A stretch of 64,000 nt of DNA from Podarcis cretensis (lineage: Eukaryota), in the NCBI GenBank assembly GCA_951804945.1, contig OX638151.1, forward strand, positions 73,222,001-73,286,000. Reading direction: 5' to 3'. A program made the position numbers and the translations under genes. Shown one piece after another: positions 48,254 to 62,089 of this stretch. Numbering within the stretch: the first letter of the stretch is position 1; every line of letters starts with the position of its first letter. The notes under the pieces were generated by a model, which searched no databases, was not told the DNA's origin, and saw only the letters and a program-made list of their open reading frames with translations.

Positions 48254-50268
48254 CTTGGAAGTAGGCCCCGCCGCAGCTGTGTGCCCGCTCATTCCTGTCT
48301 ATTTCCGCGAAGGCCGTTCAAACGCTCGCATTGGCTAACGTCGCTCAAATGTGCTTTTCGAGCTTCCCAGTTAGTCGCCTGCTTTACGGAAGCGGTTTCC
48401 CGCTAGGTGAAAACGGGTGGCCGGGTCTCTACCTGCCGTTTGCTCGATACTGTATTTTGTAGATCTGGGCTTGCCGGCTGTTGCAGAAGTGCTGCCCAGG
48501 GAACGAACATGTTGAAGGGGACAGAGAGAGGAAAAGACTAAAGGACCATTCTGTTGCCGGAAAACTGATTTCTTGTGCATTTTGGGGGGCCTCCGCCTCC
48601 CCCCACCCACCCCCGCTGCCTTTTTACAGGGACGGGAGTGAAAGCTCCCTTTCGCCATAGAAATTGGTAATTCCTTGTATGGGTATGTAAATTTGAAATT
48701 AAAAAAGAGAGAGGAGAGAAAGCAATGGAGAAAGCCAAATATTTCTTATGGTTGTGGCTGGGTAACGATGTGACCATCCACTCAAACAGGACTTGATGCT
48801 TTTTATAACTCGGATCTTACTGCGTGTGGAAAATGTCGTGTATGGGGGTTGTCTTTAAGGGGTTAGAAAATGTCTTGCCACTGCAAGTTCCCCTTATACA
48901 AAAACTCTCTGAAGCAGGCCTTTTCTGTCGTAGCCCCAACCCTCTGCAGTACCCTTCCAAAGGAGATTTCACAGTGATGCTCCATCTCCTAAAAACTCGA
49001 GTTGTTTACTCAGACCTATTTGGAGTCCTGAGTGTTACCCTGTTCAAGAGGTGACTTCCTATTTTAAATGACGGTAACAATGTATTTATTGTATTCTGGA
49101 TCGTTAAATGTACTGTTTTATTTATCTACTCTTTTTATCGTTTCTGTAGGCTGGTATATATATTTTCTCAATAGCTGGGGGGCTGGGGCAGAGAGTGGCT
49201 TAGGAGAACCCTGTTCATATAGCACCTTGCTAAGAGGTGGGGCTGAGTAGTTTGAATTTCCACCCTCCCCACTGTGACCTCTGCTGATCTGGGTATAGAT
49301 GCCCATTTGCATTTTGACAAGGCAGAAAATTCACCACCCTACTTTTTCAAGGAGGTAACAAAATATATAATGCAACTAAATAGTTGGCAATGGGTTTTTA
49401 ATATTTGACAGGGATATTAAACCTTTGCTGTCACCACACTCCTTAAGCATGGCACATGCACTAAGAAGCACAGCTAAGAGAAAAAGCCTCAGATACATGG
49501 GGCTAAGCTATTAAGAAAAGTGAGATAAAGTTGATAGATATTTGTACTTCAGACATAAGCAGTTTTTTTGTTTTATGCAGCTAGAATGTTGGTAATAGGA
49601 ATATGGCTAGAAGTAAAAGTTGGAAATTTTTATAAATGTTTTCATATAGGGTAATAACTAAAAAGGTTTCCTTGAAAACTGTTTATTGTATAAGTGGAGG
49701 AGGTAGAACTACAAATATGTTAAGAATCAAGGTTACTCTTCTAAAGAATTATGACTGGGTACTTTGCAAGTCAGTTTATTGCATTCCACTGATAAGGTAA
49801 AATGTCAAAAGACGTAGTTACTGATGCTCTCACTTTCTTGGTACTGCCCTTATCTTGTAAACAAGTACAAGTAACAAATGTATCTAAATGTAAACAAGTA
49901 CAAATAACAAATGTATCCATTTAGTTACACAGGATGTACATTCTGTACCATTACTATTTATGACGTCTTTATTTTCAACCACTGTGGTGCTGCATTCTTG
50001 AGATGGAGCAAGGCACAATTATAAACAGTTTATAGAATTCTGCACACTTTTTCATCTCACACAGTATACATTTTAAATCAAAGAAGGGATCCAAGAGCTA
50101 ATTATTGCAGAGTGCAACATCAGCACATTAAAATGAATCTTTTAGAAGATATAGCACGGTAAATTAGAAGTGAGGTGGGCCTTTTTCTGCCTGCTAGTCA
50201 GAAGCATGTCCGATTGTGTCCAATGTGATACACCCAAGTAAATGTGTGTAGGATTTGCATAGATAAGC

Positions 50269-50271
<3 letters not shown>

Positions 50272-50303
<32 letters not shown>
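50272..50303. repeat. (GT)n microsatellite
   Basis: Directly visible. Confidence 0.98.
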
Positions 50304-50306
<3 letters not shown>

Positions 50307-52789
50307 AATAACAGCATGCCAGTTCAAAAAATGCTTCTTTTTCATGGGATTAACTTATGCTGCAAGGAAACTTAGTATTTTTCTCAGATAGAAAGCTTTG
50401 TTCACATAGTAAAAGGTGAACCTTTTTTTACATTCACATGGGTTACACAGCAGTAACAAAAACTTCAAAGGCTATGACTCCCACCCCTCCCACCAGCAGT
50501 AATGGGGTCAAGAGGAGTTTGGTTCCATTTATGAATGCTGTAATATTATTTGCACCAAATAAAAAAGTGTGTGTTTATTGTAACACACATGGATGTGCCA
50601 TGTGCCACTCCACTTCCATGACCACACTTTCAGATTTTGCATTGTACATAAAAATTGTGTAGAGCAGACCTGAGGGGCAATGGAGGGGCTACTGAAGTGC
50701 AGGAACAAGTTTTGCCATTTTTAAAGTTACATTGCAACAATCCTATTTCACAACTATCCAGTTTCTAACATTAATAGTCCCTGCATTAGTCATGTTAAAA
50801 GCAAAGCTTGAGAATTATTTAATAAAATCCTTGCTTTTAGAAAAACTTTGGTTAATATTGTAACGATGAGAGAGAACAAGCACAGATTAAACTTTTAAAA
50901 AATACTGTTGCATGTTCCTTTACAAGGATTTGGGGTTTCTTTTTTTCTGTTTCTTTTAAAATAACCTTCAGTGGATAAATGGTTCATCTGGCATCAATCA
51001 CTTTAAACATATACATTTGACAGATTGACGACAGATTTTTAAACATTGTCATGTGCATTATTATACATACAGATACTGTATTAGATACCAGTAGTAAAAC
51101 ACTGCATGCTATTTGTAGAATAAAATGTGTTTTTAGTCAAAACAATTTTGTTTTGCTACAGTCTATTTAAATAATCTTTGTGCATGGACACAGAGATGAT
51201 GTAAATCTCTATATAATTGTGCAGATCTAGACACACTGGAACAAGCTAGTTCATTCGTCTTGCTACAGTATTTTATTTTGAGCGTTTGTCCACAAAAATC
51301 TCCCTTATTCTATTTGTACTTTGCATAGTCTGGGAAGGCACACTGACATTAGAAGGAGGAGGGGGGAATCTCTGGAGACTTGCATACAGTTTTGTATTAC
51401 TCAACTCCCAGCATGCTTCCTGAGACTTACAAAGGTTTCTTCTTTCAAATCATGAAGGCTAAGGAATATCAGTGGACTTTCAGACAAACTGTTCCCAAAT
51501 AGACAGGTAATAGGGAAGGTTTGCTGTGTGGCAAAGTATTTACCCATCCAATATGCAACTGCAAGGGTCAAAACCACACCTCTTGGAAAGGAAAGAAGAG
51601 TTGTCTTGCGATTTGAGAAATGATAGACCCACTTCAGGAAAACAGGAACATAACAATGACAACATGCAGATGCTCTATAAAGTGTGCAATTCCCTACCTT
51701 AATGTGCACAATATTATGCTATTGCCCCCTTGTTCTCCCTTCCCTCTTCTTGCTGCTTCTGGAAGAGAGATTCTCTCAAGAGAGAAATTCCTTCCCCGTG
51801 TACATACCTCAGTATCTGAGAAGTAGCAGCAACATCTTGTTAAGTCTTAGCAAGTTTTTAACATGATCAAGCAATATGAAGGCACTTTATCAAGAACACC
51901 ACCTCTGAGCATACACATACCCCTTCTGCAAGCCTCTTAGGTCCTCCCAAGACCTCACATGGACACTGTGAATCTAATCCAATCTCCAAGTCTCCTTGGA
52001 AGAAGTAGTTGAGGGCAGTTTCCTATTGTTTCTACTCCATAGTTTTTCCATGATCCCATAGTGAGCAAGGAACACAGATTCTTAGCCCTGATCTTTAAGG
52101 AGCTAGAAAGAGAATGAAATTATTTTGGCAGAATGTCTTTTAGAGACCATGCAACTAGAGACTGAAGCTCTGTTTCGGATCCAAAGGCTGGTGCTTCTAC
52201 CCCACTGGGGTATATATTTTGAAAGAAAGCGAGTATATAGACCACAGAAGGCAAATGCAAGGTGTCAGAGGTTTTTGGGACATTCAGAAAGGTACAGCCT
52301 GTGGTTTGAAACTTGGAGGAGTAAAGGGTCTCCCCATCCATCTTGATTTCATTACTTTCTTCTCATACCTGCTGTTAAGTACCAAAGAGAAGCAGAATCT
52401 TGCCTCCATATATGGGCTATGTTGCTTTGTATATCTCTTGATACGGCAACAGAAGGACTCAGATGCAAAGCAGGATTGAAACCAGAATGTTAGTGAAATC
52501 TTAAGTATGCCCCTTGATTTGATCCATCAAAAGAAAACACAAGCAGTATTACTACACTTTGGGTTAAATAATGAAAATAGACAAATCTGATGGAAAACAG
52601 TTGCCTCACTACACTATATAATATAGGATGGAATCCAATGGGTGTCACTGCACTAAGGAAATGTACCTATCAAATGTGAAGTAGGGAATTTTTTTTGGCA
52701 ACTACCCCTGAATCACTTCGCCCAAATCTGGCAATTTTTCTTCCCCTTGCATCCTGGCCAGATCTGCTCTGGAGGATACCCCAAGAGAA

Positions 52790-53087
52790 GATTGTTGAGT
52801 GCTGGAATTGCCTTATACTGCTCCCCATTTGTGGAATGCTCTCCCCTGGGAGGCACCTTCATTATACACCTTTGGGCACCAGGTGAAAACATTCTTCTTC
52901 AACCAGGCCTCTGGCTGAATGACATTCAATACCCTTTTTTAAATGTGTTGTGGAATGGAGGATTATTGGTTTGTTTCTGTTTATATTTTTATTATGTATT
53001 TTGTGTTTTTTTATATTGTAATTTTATGTTGTTAACTGCCATCCAGTATAGGGCAGTTTACAAATTTAATAAATAAATAAAATAAAT
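52790..53087 (+). mobile_element. L2-clade LINE 3' end with (AATA)n tail
   Basis: TGTGGAATGCTCTCCC...CAGGCCT...GGGCAGTTTACAAAT(AATA)n. Confidence 0.75.
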
Positions 53088-54015
53088 TGACCCCCTACCC
53101 ATTCTACTGAAGGATGGCTTCCAGCAGCAGAGCAAAACCCGTTGGATTTCATTCAATATATGTGATTTTATAATTACTAGTAACCTATTAAGAAAGATGA
53201 TGTAAGAACCGTGTTTTTCACATACACACGAATAATTAGCTTATCATTAGCTCAGCAGTTTAAATTACTTAGAAATAAAGAGTTATAAGGTTACCATGAT
53301 GCCACCCACCTTTAAAATACATGAAGCAAATAAATGAAGAAATGCAAGAGTTAAGCAAAAGATAAATTGTCACTATTGCATTATGAAAATACATTTTCAT
53401 AGTTTACTGCAATGGTTTCCTGGGGATTAAAAGCTAAAGCTGCAATCTTACACAGCATTAGACATTCTTAAACCCATTGAAATCAGTGGTCTTAAGCATG
53501 CCAAAATCTGCATAGAATTTGTTTTTAAGAGGATCTAAAAAGCTGGGAATCCACATTACAAACCCCACAGATCTTTTTAAAGATTAAAAATAGTAGCTTT
53601 AAGAACATTAGGATGTTACTAATAATTCCAGATGCATGCCATTCCACCATTAGGTGAATCATGAAGTTGCTGGATGCATTATGAAAGGATTAGTTAGTAG
53701 AAGGGGGACATTTCTTGAGTTCCAGAAATGTAGTCATATGTGTTTGTTTTAAATTCTCCTGACACATGCCCTCACTAGCATGTATTCTGATGACAAAAAG
53801 CTCCATATAGTATGTGGAAGTGTGTTTTGAGACCATATAAAAATGGGTGAAAGGCATTTTTAGCTATTAACCATTTTTTAACCTTTACTACTTTGATAGC
53901 TCTCATTGTGGCTTTGCTTTTGAAGTACAATCATACGGTACATTCAATTCATAAACAGAAAGCTAACCTAGTTCTTATAAAAATAAATTCAATCTGGTAA
54001 GAAAAATATCGGCCA

Positions 54016-54251
54016 TTAAATAACGGACTCTGGTTCTTTTCTCGGTTTTTCATATGAGTCTGACTCTGAGGTGCTTTTGATTTCCAGCATTTTCTCCATA
54101 CTTTTCCCATCCATAGGACTAGCTTTTTCTTTGTGTTTCTTCTTTTCATGCACCCATGGGATGAAACACAATACAGCTCCTCCGATCATTGGGGGAACTC
54201 CTGCTAGGTAGAATGCTACATCATAAGTACCCAGGTGATCTTTAAGTATTC
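54016..54251 (-). CDS. SLC16A10: SLC16A10 last coding exon (ILKDHLGTYDVAFYLAGVPP...EPESVI-stop)
   Basis: cctcag|GA ATA acceptor; hand translation ends TAA at 54016-54018. Confidence 0.94.
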
Positions 54252-54439
54252 CTGAGGAAAAAGAAAATAGTATTCAGTATTCTGTGACAAAGTAACAGAC
54301 CTGAATACAACACATGCAGACCTCAACTTCAATATGTTATAAGAAGCAACATTGTTAATGGAAAAAATAGTACTGATCTGAAATCTCTTGAGAAAGTTAC
54401 ACAATTATACAAACAAAGAAAAACACACACACAATTCTA

Positions 54440-54736
<297 letters not shown>

Positions 54737-57460
54737 CTACACATTGGTAAAGGAAAGTGTAATTGTAAAATCAGAATAAAGGGGCAGGTTTCAGGGTACT
54801 AAATATTATGAAGCCATTCCAGATTTTGTTGTGGTTAAACAATTAAAACTACATTTATTCAGGGAAAGGTTTTTGAAACCTTGCAATAAAGGGAGCACTT
54901 CCATTTATTTTCCATTCATTTTCATTTCGAATGCTCTTTGAGTTACGGTAGTTGTAATTTCTATAATTTATAATAATTGTTTTATGTAATAGTTTTCATT
55001 TCATTTTGTAAACTGCCTTGGATAATAATTTTGCATTTGAAGGTGATACAAATTTTTTTTAAAAGAAATAATTTCTTAGAACAAAATAATTGCAAGGATA
55101 TTGCATTTTCTCACCATTTAGAGAGGCTATTTGCATGCCATGGGCACCTACGGAACATTTTCTGAGACTCTTCCCAACATGTACACCACATAGTTAAAAG
55201 TTTAATTTTGTTATGTCATAAATATTTTTATTGTGTTTCACACTATCACAAGTGTGGCAATGCCCATGTAGTTCTTTACGAATAAACCAGAAAAAGTAGA
55301 AATCAGCAACAAGGAAACACCTCTCATCTGCAGCAGTGACCTGCCAATTTATAAACTATTGGAGTGAGGAGAATTTTTTTGGCCAGTTGTGTACTTCCCA
55401 TCTCTACTAGAGCAAATGTTTTTAAATAAGTCTTATTTAATAAGGGAAAACAACAACAGTGAAACTGAACCCTGTATCAAGGCAATCCTCTCTAGAACTT
55501 ACTTCACTCTGCTGGGGACTAGATATAGTGCATGTTTACTGTAACAGCATTCACAAAGCATGGAAGGATTATCATCACCACCACCACTGAACTCACACAC
55601 GCCAGACCAATTTCAACATTCAATCCATGGTATAATCTTGCAAGCTTGGTATCTGTCAGGCCAAGTATGGTGAAAGGTTTCATGTGCAATTTTTAAATCA
55701 CTAACAACTTACTGGCCAATTCAATGTGTTTTAATAGTACCTTCTCTCAAATATATACTTAAAAGACCAGATTCAAAATTCTGTGTTGTGCAAATATTAG
55801 GATATCGAATTTCAATATTTCTATTAAGCAGAGTCAATCACACTGGAGTTAATCTCTCTCTGCTCAGACATGTCATTTCCTAACATTGAAACTTCAAAGA
55901 AGAATGTAGTTAGCTTCCCTTCCTGATATCTGTAAAGTCCTGTGAATCGCTCATATGCACCCCTTCCTAATCACACAGGTGAGGAAATATTTACTTAGAC
56001 CCTGATAGACAGAACAAAAGGATTTACTTGGATACCATCTCCAGCAAGTAGCCCTGCTGAGTCTTGAACATAAAGATATCCTTCTTTGCATTTTGATTTA
56101 AGTTCTCTGTGGGAGCCAAACTTCAAGAGAAACTATTGTTCCATCCTGTTAGTCTCCCTCTGATCCAACAGGCTTCCTGTCTGATAAGATTTTTCACAAA
56201 GGCAGACCTCAGCATGCCCTGCACCGGATCATAGCTGGTTGGTCCTGACTACATGGGTCCAAGTCACACATTTAGCCCCTAGCATTAAGTGGTGCCCATT
56301 TGTTTAGAGCCAATTATAACCATGTTCAAAAAATGTTTAATTGTCAATATTGCAAGCAGATAGCAATATTTTTCATCACCAGTGTAGTTCCTTAAAGAAG
56401 CACAATCATGTAAAAAATAATAATAGTTGTGCTTTTTAATTTTTACACTGAGCCACAGCACATTTTTACAAGGTCATACTGAATGAATATTGTTCACAAT
56501 ATTATTAGTTTGTAAGGAAGCTATGATTGCCTCACTTCATTACTTAGCCAGCCATGCATTACTACCATGCATTACTACCATTGTAGTAGGATTCATTGTA
56601 AAAACCCTGCCAAATGAAATGCTTTATGGTTTAGCATCAGGGAAGAAGGCAGAGTACAAATAAATTACTATGACTACTACTAATAATAATAATGCATATT
56701 CTGGGGAATATCACAGTATTCTTCCACTTGACACTCTAGTGCCAGGATTCTCGAGTTTTTGCTAAGTTTCGCTTCAGGGATATCACTGAAACTAGAGATA
56801 TAACATGTACATATTGTACATATTGAAAGTCATTGAATGTGGCATAGTTATTTATTGAACATACCAATCACCCTTTCATACATAATCAGAGTAATGTCAG
56901 ACTGGATCCTCAGACTGGTGAATATCTGAACCAGTCCAAGGAAATCAATTTTCAGGTACATGTATAGTAAAAAAAAATATTTAAATAAAATAAGAATATT
57001 CTATGCAATCACTAAAAATCTGTGGAACCACATCCTTCTCTTGTCATCACTACAGCAGGACTAAGTGATGCTGAGTTTATGACCAAGCTGTGCGTATACA
57101 ACCCCTAGGATAACTGCTGCCAGACCACAATAACTTTGGTGTCTATAGGGAACGGTAGGGCACTTTTCTCAACTTAATGATCCAAATTTTGCTAATCTCC
57201 ATCAGTTAAATTCCATTAGTTTCAACAAAATGGCCAATGGTCAGATGATAGCAGTTGTGGGGAAGACTACTTCAATAGGCTACAGCCACTTAAATTTCTC
57301 AGCATTATTCCCCTCAGCGATTCCAGTGGTTTGGAGAAGAGGCCTACTGGGTATCAACACCATGACTTCTTATCACTGCTGTGCTTGGCAGAAACTTCTG
57401 CTTCTCCTTTGATTGCTTCCTGTCACATAGGTTATAAAAAAGCACCCTGAGAATTAAGTG

Positions 57461-57548
57461 TTTCCTGCTTGGCAGGGGGTTGGACTCCATGGCCCTTGTC
57501 GTCTCTTCCAACTCTATGATTCTATGATTCTATGATTCTATGATTCTA
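57461..57548 (+). mobile_element. CR1 LINE 3' end
   Basis: GGGGGTTGGACT...TTCCAACT followed by the (ATTCTATG)n octamer tail. Confidence 0.9.
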
Positions 57549-57556
57549 AGTGCTAA

Positions 57557-57913
57557 GGGACACGGGTGGTGCTGTGGTCTAAACCACAGAGCCTAGGGCT
57601 TGCCGATCAGAAGGTCGGCAATTTGAATCCCCACAACGGGGTGAGTTCCTGTTGTTTGGTCCCAGCTATTGCCAACCTAGCAGTTCAAAAGCACGTCAAA
57701 GTGCAAGTAGATAAATAGGTACCGCTCCGGTGGGAAGGTAAATGGCGTTTCTGTGTGCTACTCTGGTTCGCCAGAAGCGGCTTAGTCATGCTGGCCACAT
57801 GACCCGGAAAAACTGTCTGCAGACAAACGTCGGCTCCCTCAGCCAGTAAAGCAAGATGAGCGCCGCAACCCCAGAGTAGTCCGTGACTGGACTTAACGGT
57901 CCTTTACCTTTAC
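57557..57913 (+). mobile_element. Sauria SINE, older copy
   Basis: Homologous to 24666-25014 throughout, CpG-decayed, ends CCTTTACCTTTA. Confidence 0.9.
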
Positions 57914-57927
57914 TAGGCAAGCATATA

Positions 57928-58153
57928 CAGTGGTACATCGGGTTAAGAACTTAATTCGTTCTGGAGGTCTGTTCTTAACCTGAAACTGTTCTTAACCTGA
58001 GGTACCACTTTAGCTAATGGGGCCTCCTGCTGCCGCAGCGCCGCCACTGCGCAATTTCTGTTCTCATCCTGAAGCAAAGTTCTTAGCCCTAGGTACTATT
58101 TCTGGGTTAGCAGAGTCTGTAATCTGAAGCGTCTGTAACCCGAGGTACCACTG
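57928..58153. mobile_element. Tigger/pogo-like MITE
   Basis: TA|CAGTGGTACATCGGGTTA ... TAACCCGAGGTACCACTG|TA. Confidence 0.92.
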
Positions 58154-58732
58154 TATATTTGTGTGTGTGTGTTTTCACCCAGCACCATATTTTAGTTTTG
58201 CTCTAGGTTTTATGGTCTGCTTTTATTCCGATTATTGTATTTTATTGTTTTCCTGTGCTTTAATGTAATTGTGTAATTGTGAACTGACTTAGAATTTAGA
58301 TGAACACTATGTGTTGTATTACAAATAAATACATGTGTGATAACACACACTGTCAAGTTTGCTTTCAGTTTGCAGGAATGAACATATATGGTTGATGATG
58401 AACATATTACTGTTCTCTAATACAGGGCAGTGGTGATGGAGACAGATGACTGGACTTAACTGTCCAGGGGCCCTTTACCTTACCCTCAATGGGTCACAAT
58501 AGTGGCCTTGATCTTGTAATATAATATTTATCCCAATATATATATTTATAAACCACTTAATATAAAATATCTAACTGGTGGAGTACTGTATATAAAATAC
58601 ATAAGATAAAAATAAATCACAAAACAAAATTACAAAGTACAATATAAATATTTCATTGTACATTGTATCAGCTACAATCTAAAAACAATTACAATTTCTA
58701 ATCTTATCAGGGTTGTTATGTATTTGGTGTAC

Positions 58733-58876
58733 CTGTAGATAAACCTTTCTTGCACCCGGAATATAATCTGCAATTCTGCCAAAGATCAATCGACCAACTC
58801 CTGAAGTAATGCCAAGGCAAAGCAGAAGTGTCTCATCTGGAACATGCTCACCAATACGTTCCTTCACATGGTGCAA
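58733..58876 (-). CDS. SLC16A10: SLC16A10 exon (LHHVKERIGE...GVGRLIFGRIADYIPGARKVYLQ)
   Basis: gaacag| acceptor, CAG|gtacac donor, 144 nt; upstream exons lie beyond the window. Confidence 0.94.
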
Positions 58877-60399
58877 CTGTTCAGAAACAAAAAGATGGCA
58901 TGAATTCAACAAGAAAATCTACCTTTCCTAATCATAAAACGGATTTTTCTTCATGATGCTGTCAGTCATATTTTTAAAGTTGCCTGAAAGGTCAATTGGT
59001 TACTTCTGAAAGAGATTAACATGACAAAAATACAGACAACTGGAAACAGAGGAAGTTGTGGTCTGCTGTTATATTTCTAGACTGTTGTCCATCAAGCCAC
59101 ATGTAACTGTGGATCATTATCTGTAAACTGGCAAAATATGAGGTCTGCCAGTTTACAGGCAATAAGTACTATCAGAGCTGATAGCTGGCAATGTGATGGC
59201 ATAGGAAGACTCATAGACTGTAATACTGGATAATTTAAAGTTGTTGTTGTGCTGTGTTATGGTCATTACTGGAAAATCAATAAAAATTCATTGCAGGGAA
59301 AGTTAGTTTCAAAGGGTCTACTCTGAGTATGAATTAATCAGATCCCACCCAAAGACAAAGAACTAGAAGAACTATAAATGTGTACAAAGAAAAATATGTA
59401 GAAAATGTAGAAAATAAAGATCTAAGATATCCCAAGTGTTATCAAGAAAAAAATAAGGGGGAGAGAGTAACTAGATACTATTATTTCACACAATGAGAAA
59501 TGGTTTAAGAAATAAAGATACGTTGTTGAAGGAAAAAATATTAAAGATGGAAGAATAATACAGAATGTATGACCATTAGCTTATTAAGAGTTCAGATGAG
59601 TCACAGCATATTTAAAGCCAACAGAATAATTCAACCACACTCTCATTACCCCACCCACAAAACCAATTTATAGGTTGGTCAAGAAACATTGCACTGATAT
59701 AAACTAGGTTTTAAAGTAAAAAATGTAATTTCCTTAGACAGTTGTAAACAAAACAAAAAAAGAACTGAATGTAAAAGCCTAAATCTTCTAATTCTACTAA
59801 GTTTGTGAAGTATGGGACACACTTTATTCTATAATGATATTAACTCCTAATGAAGAGAAGTGTGGAAACTATTTGTTTAGAGCTTTTTATTTATGGGTAT
59901 ACACTTTTTGGTACTTAACCCATTAAATGAAAGCATGTTCTTTCCCCTCTTTTTTCCCCAGAAGGCAAACTGCCTTTATTAGAGAATTAAAGTTCCAGAC
60001 AATTAGTGTCTTCCTTCACCACTGCTATTTATAAAAGAAATTATCTGGTGCAAGGTACAGAACACATAGCTGCAATTTAAGCATAGCCAGTGCTCACAAG
60101 CTTCAGTTACCTTCAGATGTGCTGTTTACTTCACCCTTTTGCATAATGATAAAAAACTTCTCTACTTGGAAGTGCACCCAATTTATTTTTAGTAGGAGTT
60201 TATTCCAAGAAAGTGTGGTCAGGAATGCTAAACTTAAACAGTTTAAGAATTTGTGGCTTAGGTTACAATACTGTGTCTAGATCTCTGTTTGGCCATCAAG
60301 CCAATTGTTCATTGCCTCTCACAGAATTGCTGAAAGGAATAATAAGGGGAAGAGCTATATATATCACTCTAAAGTCCTTGGAAGAAGGATTAAGTAAAT

Positions 60400-60516
60400 C
60401 AGATGTGAGGAACCTTTGACCCTCCAGATGTTGTTGAATAACAATTTCCATCAGCCCCAACAAGCATGGTCAGTAGCCAGAGATTATGGGAGTTGTAGTT
60501 CAACAACATCTGGAGG
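60400..60516. mobile_element. Hairpin hAT MITE
   Basis: Perfect 18-bp inverted repeat CCTCCAGATGTTGTTGAA (60421-60438) / TTCAACAACATCTGGAGG (60499-60516); TGGGAGTTGTAGT in right arm. Confidence 0.85.
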
Positions 60517-60712
60517 AACTCTCAAGGAAAAATGACAGTTTGTCACCTAGTACACTCACTCTAGACCAAAGAAAGGGTACTAGTAAGGCTAACTGATCCT
60601 GGAATATGCTTTTAAATTCCAAAAGGAAGCAAGTGGCACTTCAAAAAGACTTAACTTCACCCATATCATAAATCTTGTACCAGAGTCACCCCACAACCGA
60701 AAACAACATCAC

Positions 60713-60714
<2 letters not shown>

Positions 60715-60760
<46 letters not shown>
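60715..60760. repeat. (TAT)n microsatellite
   Basis: Directly visible. Confidence 0.98.
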
Positions 60761-60764
<4 letters not shown>

Positions 60765-61339
60765 CCCACTTAAGACTACACACAGGAGTCTGGGAGAAGC
60801 TTGGTTATATCCTATTAACTACCCAAACTTGGATCATTGTGGTTTTGTATGTACAATGGTTTTAGACAGTACTTCTAAAGTCAGTGATTTACCACTACTG
60901 TTAACATCTGCAAGAAATGTACACACAGAAAAGCACTAAAGACACTATTTGTTTTAACTGTTATCATGCAAATGAATCATTTATAAAGGTAACAGTACTT
61001 TATACATCTTAAATGCCACTGACTTTATAGTATTAGCTAGCGTGTGCCAGTCTCTCACTTCCAGTCACCACTGGTGATAATTTGCAGTAATTAGAACTCC
61101 ACTTATTTACTCTTCTAGAAGTATATACTCAGTCATTTAGAGAGTGAAAACTAACACAATTAATACTGTTCCCTTATCAACAGTAGGAAATAGAGGGCAC
61201 CAGAGCTTTGCCGAATTTACCATGGACCATATGGCACGGCTGAACAACAACAAAGCATTATTTATACAAAAATACAAAAATAAACAATATCTTTCAATTT
61301 TCTGTAGCTTTCGTTTCATTGCAAAAATAAAATTTATTA

Positions 61340-61341
<2 letters not shown>

Positions 61342-61371
<30 letters not shown>
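61342..61371. repeat. (TG)n microsatellite
   Basis: Directly visible. Confidence 0.98.
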
Positions 61372-61372
<1 letters not shown>

Positions 61373-61509
61373 CACCAAAATCTTTTAAGTGCTTAGGGCC
61401 TCTAAAGGTCTTAATCCAGCCCTGACTATATGCTTTGCATGAAATGTCTCAGGTTGGATTGGGAAAATTTCTGTCTGAAATTGATGAGCTAATGCCAGGA
61501 AGTATAGAC

Positions 61510-61639
61510 CAGAAATAACAAATCTCTGGCCCTCCAGATATTGTTGGACTCCCAATTCCCATCAGGTCCTGCCAGGATGGCCAATGGATGATAGAATTTA
61601 TAATCCAATATCTGAAAGGCTACAAATTCCCTATACCTG
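61510..61639. mobile_element. Hairpin hAT MITE, degraded
   Basis: CCTCCAGATATTGTTGGACTCCCAATTCCCATCAG homologous to 60421ff. Confidence 0.65.
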
Positions 61640-62089
61640 GAGCAAACAATACCAAGACAGATGAACTGACTCAGTATAAGGCAGTTTCTAATGTTCTTTA
61701 TAATGCTGTTTAATGATAAAATAAGGTGGACTTTATATATATACTGTAATATCATACACCAGGTACATGTCAACCTGCCCATTTCTGTTCCATTCAAAAT
61801 TAGCTACTTTTGAATGCTGAACTCAAGACTTTAAAAGTACATTAACTTAAGGAAAATATATTCTACATGCCCCTACTCATAGCTTATATTTCTGGGGAGT
61901 TCAAGAGTGTAATAAAATTGTATACTAATAGCCACAAATAAAACTGTTGTGGTTATAAATACTACATTTAATTAAACTTCTGTTACACCCCTTAGCCTTT
62001 TCAGTGTCTCAAGATTCTACAATGTCACATATGCTGTTTAACTTCTACATGAAAATGCAGCGAGAAATAATCTAGAGCTTTAGACTGAA

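Larger units (their letters stand above)
47500..48480 (-). promoter_or_regulatory. CpG island / MFSD4B promoter
   Basis: Sharp rise in GC and CpG in an AT-rich, CpG-poor window. CACGTG E-boxes at 48149 and 48168, ACTACAACTCCCAGAATGC at 48234, CCAAT box (minus) at 48330-48334. Confidence 0.9.
49755..54015 (-). other. SLC16A10: Putative long SLC16A10 3' UTR (about 4.2 kb)
   Basis: Minus-strand AATAAA at 49775-49780 (others at about 49682 and 49968); UTR-like composition; extent inferred. Confidence 0.45.

Noticed and set aside
47564-48658. Several overlapping long ORFs on both strands (e.g. 47741..48406, 221 aa)
   Set aside because: Stop-codon depletion in a GC-rich CpG island; only the frame that splices to MFSD4B exon 2 is supported
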